A stretch of DNA of 64,000 bases from Camelus dromedarius (lineage: Eukaryota), in contig NC_087472.1 in assembly GCF_036321535.1 (NCBI RefSeq), forward strand, positions 95,296,001 through 95,360,000, read 5' to 3'. A model generated the notes under the pieces. The model was not told where the DNA came from and made no database searches. It saw only the letters and a list, made by a program, of their open reading frames with translations. A program made the translations under genes and the position numbers. Numbering within the stretch: the first letter of the stretch is position 1; every line of letters starts with the position of its first letter. Of the stretch, positions 36,692 to 48,879 are shown one piece after another.

Positions 36692-37852
36692 TGAAACCAA
36701 GCAGGACCCTATGGGGCCCTCCCGGGTACAAAAGCCTTCCCGTGTCCCCTGTTTCTTGTCTGTACGAAAAAGGCTTTCAGCCTCCTAGAGTTCCAAAGGG
36801 CAGATTCAAACCATTCTAAGCAAAGGAGTGAGGGAAAGGCAGGAAAGAGACAATAGCGCAGGACTGGGGTAGGGTCCTGGCTCCTCCTCAAGGGGGATAC
36901 CTTATCTGATACACATCTCTGAGTCCTTCTGCAGTGTTACCAAACACAAGTTCATATGCCTGAGGCACAGTGAGGCCAAACAAACCAAATCATCAGAGTT
37001 TGGAGCAGAGAAAGGTTTATCACAGGGCCAAGCAAGGAGAACAGGCGGCTCATGCTCAAAAACCCCAAACTCCTGATGGTTTTTGGGGAGGAGTTTTTAC
37101 AGGCAAAACTTGGGGTGAGGGCTGCAGAGTGTGTGACTTTCTTCTGATTGATTGGTGGTGAGGTAACAGGGCAGCGTTCCAGGAGTCTTGTGCTCAGCTG
37201 AAGTTACCATCCTCTACTAGGGTGGCTCCCACCGAAGAACTCAAAGATACTGTTATGTATATTCCTTGAGGAGGCACCAGGACCCTGCCCCCAAGGCGGC
37301 ACTATTGATTCTTGACTGCCCCTCCCTTGTTTCTGCATCTCCTCTCTTCCCTAATTAGCAAGTTTTGAATCTGCCCTTTGGAACTCAGGGAAGGTCTAGG
37401 TGGCTGAATGAAGCCTATTTCCTACAAACAAGAAAGGAGGTACATGGAAAGGATTTGTGCCAGGGAGGACCCCACCGGGTCCTGCTCCGTTTCAACAGGA
37501 ACTAAGCGCCCTCCCCCAGGTAGAGGATGGTAACTTCAGGCTGAGCACAAGCACCTGGGCCCCAGACTGGTTGGAACCAGAGGACTGATGATTGAGATTC
37601 CTGGAACTCCACCCTATTACTGCACCACCAACTAATCAGAGGATGGTCACACACCCTGCAGGCCTCCCCCTCCAAGTCTGCCTATAAAATCTCTTCCTCA
37701 AAAGCCAATAGGGGGTCCAGACTTTTTGGAGCATAAGCTGCCTGTTCTCCTTGCTCGGCCCTTGGAATAAACCTTTCTCTTCTCCAAACTCCAACATTTT
37801 GGTTTGTTTGGCCTCACTGTGCATCGAGCACTTAAACTTGTGTTCAACCACA
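36692..37852 (+). mobile_element. ERV1-type solo LTR (family B), host of an inverted same-family LTR
   Basis: Same start as 31823; TATAAAA at ~37684, AATAAA at ~37766, ends CA; TSD ATAC/ATAT. Confidence 0.88.
36935..37494 (-). mobile_element. ERV1-type solo LTR (family B), inverted and nested
   Basis: Reverse complement begins TGAAACGGAGCAGGACCC and ends GGTAACA; TSD GCAG/ACAG; host resumes 'gaactaag' as at 32467. Confidence 0.9.
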
Positions 37853-37944
37853 ATATGAGGGGAAAGGACATGTTTGGAGACTGATTCTGACTGTTTCAGT
37901 ATTCTCAGTGGTAGAATGTTTCACCTGTGCCCAATGCTCACCTG

Positions 37945-38536
37945 TGTTGGGGAGGAAGAAATTTTCCTCTACCCTTCTAGGTTCTTCTGACTGGTCTAAG
38001 AATTAAATTGACATGAGTCAGATTAACAGGAGAAAAATCACACAAAAGTTTAATAGCATGTAGACATGAGAGAGACTAGAACTGAGTAACTCACCAAAAT
38101 GGCCAAAGCCCTCACACTGAATACTGTTTTCAGCTAAAGACAAAAGAGGATGCTGTGGGTAGTGGTTAGAAATTTCAAAGGGGAGGAAGGCAATTCACAT
38201 GGGAGATGGAAAAGCAAATGTTTGGTAAATAAATGTTTGCTGGGCTATGCAGAGACAATGGGACCCAGAGAGGAGTTTTAACAGACAGACTCTGCTAGGC
38301 TCCTCCCTGTTTCCATGCCTACTTATGCCATATTATATTATACTACATACACCTACTATACTACTGCTGTCTATGGGGATGGCTCCCCTCCTGGAGCAGG
38401 TCCTCTGTCTACATTCTTTTAGGCAGTTAGGGACAAGGTCAAAGTTTCTTCCTCGATCTTTCAGGCCTTGTATTCAGCTCAAAATAATCCTCATGCTAAG
38501 GAGATATTCTGAGATGGCAAATTTTGTTCCTCTATA
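37945..38536 (-). mobile_element. ERV1 solo LTR (MER34-like, family C)
   Basis: 'cagctcaaaataatcctcatgc' is the reverse complement of the family C 5' motif; TSD CCTG (37941-37944 / 38537-38540). Confidence 0.8.
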
Positions 38537-38949
38537 CCTGTATCCTGTGAATTATTTAGTTTGTTACAGGGTAAGATTCATTATTTTATGATTCAATACT
38601 ACATACTAACATGAGCACATTTTTACCTTTGTGACCTATTTCTTCATATGGCATTAGTTAATTATATTATTGACCCAACACCCCTTTTAGACATTTTTCA
38701 GCAAAATTTTATCCAAATTTTATGTTCCTGTAACAGTTCTAAACACATATCCATCACATTGCATTATGATGATTTTTTACATATCTGGATCCCCCACTAG
38801 AAGTGAATTTTTCAAGCACAGGAACTTTATTCATTTTTATATTCTCATCAAAACACCTAGTATCCAGTGGGCATTTATGTTGGACTCAAATAACAGGTAA
38901 CTCCTCTTTGTGTTCAAACTTTAGTACAAATACTTCTAAAATATGATCA

Positions 38950-39420
38950 TAAACATTTAAAAAGTGTTTCAAAGGAGCAATATATGCATTTTAACATAAC
39001 CTTCTGGGTTAGGAAGGGCCTTTGTAAGAATGAGCTTCAAGGTGCAAGTTATAAGGGAAAAAATATTCAGATTTAGTGATGTAAAAATTTTAAAGGTTTT
39101 TAGAAAAATAATACCATAAACAAATATAAAGAGCAAATGATAGCCTGGGAGAGATATTTGCACTATATATGACAGAACAGGAAAAACAAAAAACTTCTTT
39201 ATATAGATAAATCCTATAAATTAATTTCAAAAACATACACTTCAACAGAAGAATGGACCAAAAAAACAGAAAAAACAAGCAAGTCATAAAATAATTATAA
39301 ATAGGCACAAAAATAGGAAGAAAAAAAAGTTTCAAACAAATCTGCAAACAGGGAAGTAATGAGAAACTTTTGTCCAACCAGATTAGCAAAGATCAAACAG
39401 AATGATAAATTTTAACAGAC
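38950..39420 (+). mobile_element. Degenerate L1 ORF2 3' fragment
   Basis: 'gggttaggaagggcctt', 'cctgggagagatatttgca', 'ccaaccagattagcaaa'. Confidence 0.65.
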
Positions 39421-39642
39421 ATCTGAAAACATAGCAATACAAAAAAATGACAGAGTCGATTTGAAAAAAAAAATGTTTAAGAAAATCTAAACTGGAAAAA
39501 TACAAATTCATCTCCCTACTCTTTATCTCAGATAGTTATATACATTTCCCAGAATCTCTTCTTTGTTTGGACTCAGGTTAAATTTGAACAAGGTAATATT
39601 TGGAAGATGAAAGAGAAGGAGCAGTCACTATTCTCAGAAGAC

Positions 39643-40194
39643 TGAGAGGGGAGCAGAATTGGCCACCCACAATCTGCCTCTTTGGCATAAAGAATATTTT
39701 AGGCTGATTATTTTTAAGAACTAGCAGACACAGGAAAAGCTCTGAAAACCTGAGCAGAAGTCACCCTTTTGCAAGAGACATTTACATGTATAAGAGAAAT
39801 CTCCATTTGTAAGGGTGCCTCCTTCTATGTTGCAAGAAGAGAAGGATGACTAAGTTTCTAGAAACTCTTTATCAATGACGAAGGCAATAACTTTAACCTA
39901 CATAACAACTGTACCCTTGTTTACTGTGCTTTTCCTGAAAACCTCTCATAACTGGCTCCTCACTCCTCCAACATCCCCTTCTGATTTTAGCAGTAGATGT
40001 TGTTGAAGCTGATGAATTGGGCCATTTCACAAGTTACTCGGTTTTCCTGAGTCTCAATGTATATAAGAGGTATCCATGCTATTAAACTTCTGTTTTTCTC
40101 CTATTAATCTGTTTTTAAGTTAATCTTTTATTACAGGGAGGCCTCAGCCAAGCACTTAAAAGGGTAGAAGGAAAATTATTTTTCCTCCTCTACA
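39643..40194 (+). mobile_element. ERV1 solo LTR (MER34-like, family C)
   Basis: 'gcagaattggccaccc...tgcctctttggcataaag'; ATTAAA; 3' end 'ggaaaattatttttcctcctctaca'; close to the 51994 copy. Confidence 0.82.
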
Positions 40195-40199
40195 GCCCA

Positions 40200-41940
40200 G
40201 AAAAAGATGTGCATGAGAATGTTCAGAAAGCACTGTTTGTAATAGCCTCAAACGAGAAACAATGCAAATGTAATCAGAGGTGGATGGATAAACAGATATA
40301 CATACAATGAATTCCTCCTCACTGATGAAAAGGAATGAATCTTCCCTATATGAAACATGTGACCCCAAAACACTGTTTTGAGCAAAAGAGCTGTAAACCA
40401 ATGACAATATATTGTTTAATTTCATTTATAGGAAACTCAAGAACAGGCAAAAATTAATATTTGGGGATACAAATCAGAGCAATGGTCGTTATGGGGGAAG
40501 CAAAATGACTGAAACCAGTGTTAAAAAAAGAGGCAACAGGCCCAAAATGCAGTCACTTGTGCTAAGCCATATCACCAAAACCAACACGTAATGGTTAACC
40601 TAACTGCAGTTTCAGCCTCACTTGAGTGGAATTTTAAACCAGTCTAGAATTTCCTAACAGACACTAGTGAGGTAATGTGCCTGTTAAGATGCCTGACATT
40701 CTCAGTCCCAAAAGGAAGGTGAATTTGCCTAAAACAATCCTTTTTCTTTTGCTAATAACCTCCTCGTCCTGCCCCATTTCTGCCTATAAAGGCCTCCCAT
40801 TTTGTACAGTTTCTCAGAGTTGTCTTTCCACTTGCTAGATGGGATGCTGCCTGATTCATGAATGGTTAAATAAATCCAATTAGATCTTCACATTTAATAG
40901 GGTGAATTTTATTTTTTAATAGTAGGATGAGAACGCTTACTGGTGTGATGGAAATGTGCTGTATATTCATCAGGGTGGTGGCCATGTGGTGTACAAGCTC
41001 GTCAAAGTGTATTCAACTCTCTACTTTAAAAATGAGCATTTTGATGCATATAAAATATACATTAATACAATTTTTAACTGAGTGGAGAAAAATTAGAATA
41101 TAATATTTACTTGAAGAGCCAGGAAGAGGGCAGAAATGGGAGAAAAAATATCTGACGGTATCATGATGGATAATTCTCTAAAACTGATGGAAAGAATCAA
41201 TCCACAGAATCAAAAACTCCAAAGTACTCTAAGGAGGATCAATAAAAGTTAATCTAAACCAAGACATATTATAATGAAACTGAAGAAAAATCAAGAATGA
41301 AGAGAAAATCCAAAAGAACAGCCAAAGAAAAAAGACAAACTAGCGTGAAAGGAATTAACAATTAAATAGAATAAATAAAACATGAATGAATCTCAAAAAT
41401 AATCCTGAACAAATGAAACTAAGCATTTGAATATTTTCTTAGTGTTCAAAGACAGATAAAAATTGCTCAGAGTGACAGAATTCAAAATAGTTGGTTAGCT
41501 CTGAGGATTAGGGCCAGGGAGGGGGCAGAAGAAGGCTCTAGAGTACTGATAATATTCTTTTTCTAGATCTGGCTGGTAGATATATAAGTGCATTTACTTT
41601 TTGAAGATAATTCATTGAGTTGTACATTGATGATTTAGGCAACATTATATCTTGCTTGCAGCCAAGTATTGCTATAAGGAACTTCTTGTCCAGAATGGGA
41701 AAATCCATACAGACAGAAAGTAGACTAATGGTTGCCAAGGCCTGGGAGTTGGGGGAGATGGAAGGTGACTGCTTCTGAGAACAGGGTTTATTATGGGGGC
41801 TGATGAAAATGTTCTAAAATTATATAGTAGTGATGACTCCACAATTCAACGAATATACAAAAAACTACTGAACTGTTTACTTTTAAAGGATCAATTTTAT
41901 GGTATGTTTATTATATCAATAAAATTGTTAAAAAAAAAAA
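40200..41940 (+). mobile_element. Cluster of old L1 fragments (3'UTRs and ORF1-region pieces)
   Basis: 'cactgtttgtaatagcc', 'aaccaagacatattataatgaaactg', 'gtccagaatgggaaaatccatacagacagaaagtaga', A tail at ~41930. Confidence 0.7.
40519..40921 (+). mobile_element. ERV solo LTR inserted in an L1 3'UTR
   Basis: 'tgttaaa...ggcccaaaatgcagtcacttgtgctaag', TATAAA at ~40785, 'tgattcatgaatggttaaataaa'. Confidence 0.7.
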
Positions 41941-42401
41941 TTTCTGATCTATATTTGCAGAGATTAAAAAAAGCACAGGGGAAATAAAATAAAGAGCTCC
42001 TACGTAGTACTAGAGTTTCATGGTCCATTGATGCTCCTTACAATAACTATTTTTCTTCTCTCCACATCACATCTTGTCAATAGCATAATGTTTAAGTACG
42101 AAGAAGAGTTCTCCTATTATTTTAGAACTACTTCAAATATGTGCAGCTAATTATTGGACTTTCCAAAGAAACCAGAACAAAAATGATGTGGATGCTGTTG
42201 AAGATACTGCATCAAGATTTTGAGTCAAGTGACTCTTGCTTCCTCCTCCAAAACTTCTTACAGCCTTATTCTGCCAATATTGATACACAACCACTGAGTT
42301 AATCAGGTACTGGTAGAAAAATGATCCATTTGGAATACTGATCAAAGTTCAATGCAACATTACTATATAGCTAAAAAATAAATAAATAAAAATCACCAAA
42401 C

Positions 42402-42517
42402 TTTTTTTGGGGGGTGAGGGTGGGTAATTAGGTTTATTTTTTTTTTTTTAATAGAGATACTAGCCATTGAATCCAGGACCTTGTGCAGCATTCTGCCACT
42501 GAGCTATACCCTCCTCC
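42402..42517 (-). mobile_element. Vic-1-like SINE
   Basis: Reverse complement: 'ggaggagggtatagctcagtggcaga', 'ggattcaat', 'aataaacctaattaccc'. Confidence 0.85.
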
Positions 42518-44145
42518 CAATTTTTATAATTCAGTTACTCTGATTTATGATAATACAGGATTTTGTCTGGGATCAATGTGTACAATGATCATTCCATGTA
42601 AAAAACTCACTACATGGATTTCTGCTTCTGCCTACAAAGAAACATCTGCTATAAGAATTACTCTCTCACCATCAAGAATAATAAAATTGGGAAAAAATGT
42701 AAGAAATAACTGCTTTGTGATATTAAACAACAGACAGCACAAGAATATGATCCCTGTGAGAAGGGAAATAAGTGCTCTCTGACTCAGCTGTCTGCCAGGA
42801 GGAAGTTTCTGAACCATGACAAAGGGAGGGGGAACCAAACAATATTTGGAAGTATGAGTTGAGGAGACAAAAATAAAATTTGAGGAGGCCGAGGTGGCTA
42901 GAATTTGGGGGAGAAAGTACCGAACCAGAGAGTGCTACACAGATAACATCCTCTGGAAATCTTTGTGTTTGTCCTCTTGACTCTATCTGAATATCAATCT
43001 GAATATACACCAGATGAAACTCCCTGAGGCCAGGCAAATAATTGCTACGAAAGAACAATTATGGGAGCTGACACACTAAGGGCTGAGAATTGTTCAATTA
43101 CCCACCAGCCTAGGAGGAGAGACCTTGTTAAATACATGAAAGTATTTGGTATAAACCCTAAAGGATTGTGAGTCTAGAATTAGACTAGACTAACTCTAGC
43201 TCTAGATTAAAGGTTATTTTAAAGATCTGCCCAAAGAAAAGCTTAAAAACAAGTCTTTAAAGGATCAGGCTGATATGCAAATACCTAAACTGCCTGCCAG
43301 AACAAATTCAACACTCAGCATAAAGTTTTCAGTGTCTGGAACTCAAAAAAATTAATACATATGTGAAGAAGCAGAAAAATATGACACATAACCACAAGAA
43401 AAATAAATCAAAATAAGCAGACCTAGAAATAACAGAGATGATAAAGTTAATAAACAAGGACTTTAAAACAGGTATTATAAACATGCTCAAGAATTTTAAA
43501 GAAAATACAAACATAATGAAGAGAGAAACAGAATATGCAATAATGAGCAAGGTGGAACTTCAGAAGATTAAAAAATGCAGTATCTAAAATGAAAATTTAA
43601 CTGGAGAGGATTAGTAGCATTATTCTGTCAAACAGTATTAAGCAGTGTCCAACATATATGTAATACATCGCCACAGGAAGAATGGGGGGCTAGTGAGTTG
43701 AAAATAGTATCTGGAGTAATAATGGCCAACAATTTTTCAGTTGATAAAAACTAAACCCACAGGTCCAAGAAGCTTAACAAGCCCAATGAAAAACACAAAG
43801 AAAATCACACCAAGGCATTTCATAAATTGATGGAAAACCATAATAAAGAGAAAGGCACAAAAGCAACTGGAGAAGGACATGTTATATACAAAGGAACAGA
43901 GATAAACACACCATTGACTTCTCATCTGAAAGTATGCAAAGCAGAAGAAAATTAAACATTTTTTCAATGCAGAGAGAAAAAATGTCAATCTTGAGTTCTA
44001 CTTATTATGAAAATACCTTTCAAAAATTAAGTTGAAATAAATAATTGTTGTCAGACCAACAAAACCTAAGAGAGATTATTGCCAATGTACTATGGGAAAA
44101 TGTTATGTAAATTTTCCAGACAGAAGGAGAGTGCTAATTGATTAA

Positions 44146-44605
44146 TTTGATGGTTAATTTTGTGTGTCAATTTGACTAGGCTTACAGGATGCTCAGATAG
44201 CTGATAACACATTTCTGGGTGCGTCTGTGAAGGTGTTTCCAGAAGAAGAGATGAGCTTCTGAATCACTACTAAGTAAAGATGATCACCTTCACTGGTGCA
44301 CATGGACATCATACAATCCATTGAGGGCCTAAAGGAAACCAGAAGGCAGAGGAAGGGTGCATTCCCTATGAGGGAGCCGAGACATCCATCTTCTGCCCTG
44401 GGACACTGGCGATCCTAGTTCTCAGGCCTTTGGATTCAGATTGAATTACACCACTTAGAGGCTTTCCTGGGCCTCTTGCTAATGGATGACAGATCATGGG
44501 AATTTTCAGCTTCCATAAGTGCATAAACCATTTCCTATAATAAATCTCGTATTATATTTATGTATCTTTGTGATTCTGTGTCTCTGAAGAAACCTGACTA
44601 ATACA
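44146..44605 (+). mobile_element. MLT2-type (ERVL) solo LTR
   Basis: MLT2-type 'tgatggttaattttgtgtgtcaatttgactagg' ... 'tctctgaagaaacctgactaataca'. Confidence 0.88.
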
Positions 44606-44963
44606 AACTTGGACCCACACAAAGGAATGAAGACTACTGGAAATAGTAAATATATGGGTTAGTGTGAAAGAATTTTTTCCTCAATTTTTAAAATGAGAAA
44701 AAGACCAGAGAAACAGTGAAATAATGTATTTATTGTGGAGTTTTAAACATATATAGGATAACAAGTATGACAGGAACAGCACAAAGGATGGTAGGGTGAA
44801 TCAAAGTGTACTATTGTAATGGTTTTACATTATTTGTGAAATGGTATACTTATATACGAAAGTAAACTGTGATAAATTAATAAATTAAGATGCACACCGT
44901 ATGTCCTAGAGCAACCTCTGAGAAAATAAACCAAGGAATTATAGCTAAGAAACAAATAGTAGA

Positions 44964-45076
44964 GGGGGGTGGGTATAGCTCAGTGGTAGAGCGCATGCTT
45001 TGCATGCACAAGGTCCCGGGTTCAATCCCCAGTACCTCCTCTAAAAATAAATAAACCTAATTACCTCCCCATTACC

Positions 45077-45107
<31 letters not shown>

Positions 45108-45122
45108 GAGAAAAAAAAAAGA
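44964..45122 (+). mobile_element. Vic-1-like SINE, full length
   Basis: A box 'tagctcagtggtagagc', B box 'ggttcaatccc', 'aataaacctaattacctcccc', long A tail; TSD AAGAAACAAATAGTAGA / AAGAAACGAACAGTAGA. Confidence 0.93.
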
Positions 45123-45439
45123 AAGAAACGAACAGTAGAAATCAAATGGAAAAACAAAACATACTCAATTTATCTAAAAGAAAATGGAGAAAGTAGGGGG
45201 AAAACTGCAGATGGGACAAACAAACATGAATAACAAGATGGCAGATTTAAACTTAGCTGAATATGTAATTAAATTAACTAAAAATGACCTGAATGTTCCA
45301 GTTAAAAGGCACAGATGGTCAGACTGGATAAGAAATGCAAGAACCAACTCTGTGCTCTCCTTAAGAAACCAGATTAAAAGACAAAGACTGACTAAAAGTA
45401 AAAGGATGGTAAACAAGGTACCGTGCAAACATAACTAGG

Positions 45440-45950
45440 AATTCACCCAAGAGAAATGTAAATATATGTCGACCCAAAGACTGGGATGTAAATGTTAACA
45501 GACGCTTTATTTATCATGGTCAAAAAGTTGAAAGAACCCAAATATCTCAACAACTGAAGACAAACAGTTTGTCCTACATCCATACAGTAGACCTCTACTC
45601 ACTAAAAAAAGCAATTAACTACTGACACAGCAACATGATTAAAGTTTGTTATGCTGAGCAAAGTAAGTCGGACATAAAAGCACACATGCCACATGACTGC
45701 ATTTATATGACATTCTAGAAAAGGCAAAACTAATATATATAGTGCTAGAAGGCAGATCACCCGTCGCCTGGGGCGATGGAGAGGGTGGAGGTATTGACTA
45801 CAAAGAGGTGCCAGGGAACTTTCTTGGGTAGCAGAAATGTTCTCTGTTGTGATTGTGATGGTGACACAGGTGTATGCATTTGTCAAAATTCATGCAACTG
45901 TACCTAGAAAATTATATTGCTTATGATTTTTTCATGAGTAAAACTGATTT
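45440..45950 (+). mobile_element. Old L1 3' end (L1MC/ME-like)
   Basis: 'atccatacagtag', 'tttatatgacattctagaaaaggcaaaact', 'tgtatgcatttgtcaaaattcat'. Confidence 0.78.
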
Positions 45951-46949
45951 TTATTGAAACACTTCCTAAGCTGTGGGCCACTAAATCAGACTCCATCTCC
46001 TTATGACCCTTCATTCAGCCTGCACACCAATCTCCCTGAACTCCGGGCAATTACCAGAAAGAGCAAAGTTTTTTCTTTTCCACGAGTCTCGACATGGAAT
46101 AGCCTTCCTTCTTTGTGTACTTACTGGCAAACTCTTATGTATTCTTTCTGACATTGCTCACGTGAAGTAGCATCCTCTCAGAACAGACAGACCTGAAGAG
46201 AATGTGGTCTGCCCCATTTTTGCTCAGCAACATGAAAAGGGCAATTAATCATCTTCAAGCTAATATTTTCATTTGTAACAAAATGACATAAATTTCTCCT
46301 TTATAGAAATTTTGTCAGGGTTAAATAAAATAGGATACATAAAAAGAAGTTAGAACACATCAGACACATGATAAAGGCTCACTGTCATTCCTCTGTTCCA
46401 GCTCTCATCACATTGTGATATAATTATCTCCAACTACCAGAGCATCTGACAAATAATAAACATTAAATATGTGTTAATTATATTAACATGAATGAACAAA
46501 GAGACATGAGGACTAGATATTAATTCTAACTTCCTTACTATTTTTTACTTCTTTGCTTCTTTTTATGAAACCTTGAATTCCTTTATTCCTCTTTTCTTTT
46601 TGCATTCAGCCAAATACTCTTCATGTAAAAGATTTAATTAAGCTTGTACAGTAGATGGTGTAACTAGATAGGTAACTGGTTTCTTTGAAGAGGTCTCTCT
46701 ATTCAAATCATGAGAATCTTATATTTTGTATGATGACTCTCCAATAAATCTATTACTATTAATAAAAATTAATAAAGATTATTTTAATTGATTGGTTCCA
46801 AAGAAGATTGCTGGCGATTTTTATTACCTTACATTTAGGACCAAAACATGTGGTATTTTATGGTATGAGCCACTATCTTTAAAAAATGTTAGATCTCTCA
46901 AATTAATCTTTTCACAATATAAAATACATATATTTTTCTACCTTCTGAA

Positions 46950-47640
46950 GAGTGACTTAAGTCGACAGACAGATTTTTGTAGCACCTTTATATTAATGTC
47001 AACAACGTTGTGTTTTCTCTCCTCATCTTCCTTCAAAGCAGCCTATTTGGGTTTTCATAAGACCCAAGATTTCTGTATTCAAGGCTGACACCATAAAACG
47101 GGGGCAAAAACATCTGGTGGGTGTGGAATGGAGTCGTCATTTTGCACAGGGCGATGGCAGTTGTAGGAGAGAAGCAAAACGCCAGCTGTGCGGAGGCTCA
47201 GAGCAGTTCCTATTTTCAGGATGTGCTGAACTCATAATTCAGGCCTAATGAATGTGTCTTTGAGATGTAGCAGCCTGTTTAGATTCCTGCTTCCGCCACT
47301 GCAGAAAAACTGAATACAGAAATGGTAATGATTTCATATAAAATTCATAAATAAAATGCAAAGACCAGGGGGGATGGTAGGCCCCAGGGTTACACAATGG
47401 ATTGTCATGTGGTACGAGCGCTGAGTCAATGGAGCTGTTTTTAAAGCCTTGACTGCAGTTTATTTTATTTCAGTTGGAATATATGTAGAGCCAAAATATT
47501 TATAAAGGCCTCTGACACCATGCTGTATAATAAACGGATATGCTCAGTTCTTCCTAGAAAACTACTGGGTTAATGTCGCCATCAATATAAGCACCCGGCT
47601 AAATCACGGGGAGCACAGGCCAGGGACCATGGTTCATGAT
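46950..47640. promoter_or_regulatory. Unique, motif-dense candidate enhancer
   Basis: TGACA+CCATAAAA at 47086-47098, CAGCTG at 47183, TGAGTCA at 47422, TTCCTAGAA at 47551, about a dozen CpGs, no recognisable repeat. Confidence 0.45.
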
Positions 47641-48879
47641 GGAGCATTGGATGGAGAGTGGACTATCTCCAAGTCTTTATTTAGGCAAATATTTTTTACA
47701 CTACAGCTTTGGTGTGACATCAAGTACGTATATGTGTCAGCATTCAGATACTTGTAAATAGTTACTTTCTATGAATGGTTTCCATAAATGGTTTAGAAGA
47801 AAATATTAGTATTCTGGGATGTTGTGTTAAGTGCTAGCAAACAATGAAAACAGAAACATAATGAAAAGCTCACCAAATTCTTACTCATCTAGCTAGCTAG
47901 ACAGATCCAGATATAGACAGAGATACAGATGTAGATATAATAGAGACAGATAAAGGGAATCTAATACTGGGGAATCTTCTCATAGACAACTTTTGTTTCT
48001 AGTATTCTGCACAAGTGATAAAAAACCAGGAAAAAATCAAGTAGGCAAAGGATATACCGAACATAGATAATGATTTGGTTCATAGAATAAGAGAAAGTTC
48101 CCCATTTGAATTTTAAATCACAGGATGCAGCAATCTTTGACCTTTCTCATTTCTTGAAAATGCGATAGTAGACAGACTGAGGCAATACACCGCACCTGCC
48201 TGAATACTGTCACAGGCCTGCTAAGTTATATAGTGCTTTCTGCATTGCAGCTGGCAATAGTACTGAGTGAAAGGTCATTTCCCAAAGCAAACAGGAGAAA
48301 AAACACATTTATGCAAAGTACAGGATAACTTTATTCAAGGTAATGAAATCAAAATGTGTAGCCAGTTCCATACAAAAATTGTCACTTTAAAGCCTAAGCA
48401 TTGACACTGTTGTCGAGCTTAATAAAAATCTGTATACTCGCAGCACAGCAGGTTTAATCTTGGAGCATGTCTTTTTCTCCTCATCTTCAGTGAGCAAATA
48501 TGACAGGAAAGTAAGTGTGGCACTGGTGAAAGGGAAGGTGGTTACCCAATATTAACCAAACTTTGATGTATGGTGATGAATGGTCCTGTCTTATAATGTA
48601 AGGACATTTTCAGCCCTACTGGCAGGGGCATTTGTATTGACAACATAGTCAGTCATTGCCTAAAAGCAATCTCTCACTGAATTTGTCCTCCCAGAATGCT
48701 CCAACCCTTTCCAACCACAAGTGACTAATACATGGTTATAGGAATTGAGGGCAGCCATTTTAGGACTTGAGGTTGGTAAATTCCCACCCTGAGAAAGTCC
48801 TTTTAATTGAGTCTTTAACAATAGATAATGGGAATATTATGATTATAAACTTTCTTTGAGGATTTTTATGGCGCTTTAG

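Larger units (their letters stand above)
42600..45435 (+). mobile_element. Degenerate L1 5'UTR/ORF1/ORF2-start region, interrupted by MLT2 and a SINE
   Basis: 'atgacacataaccacaagaaaaataaatcaa', 'aaaatcacaccaaggcat', 'aatgttccagttaaaaggcacagatggtcagactggataag'. Confidence 0.75.

Noticed and set aside
44964..45040. tRNA gene (also at 4688, 42402, 58135, 60933)
   Set aside because: The tRNA-like head continues into a SINE body, A tail and TSD, so these are SINEs.
45184..45438. 84-aa ORF resembling an endonuclease N-terminus
   Set aside because: It is a decayed L1 ORF2 start, not a host gene.
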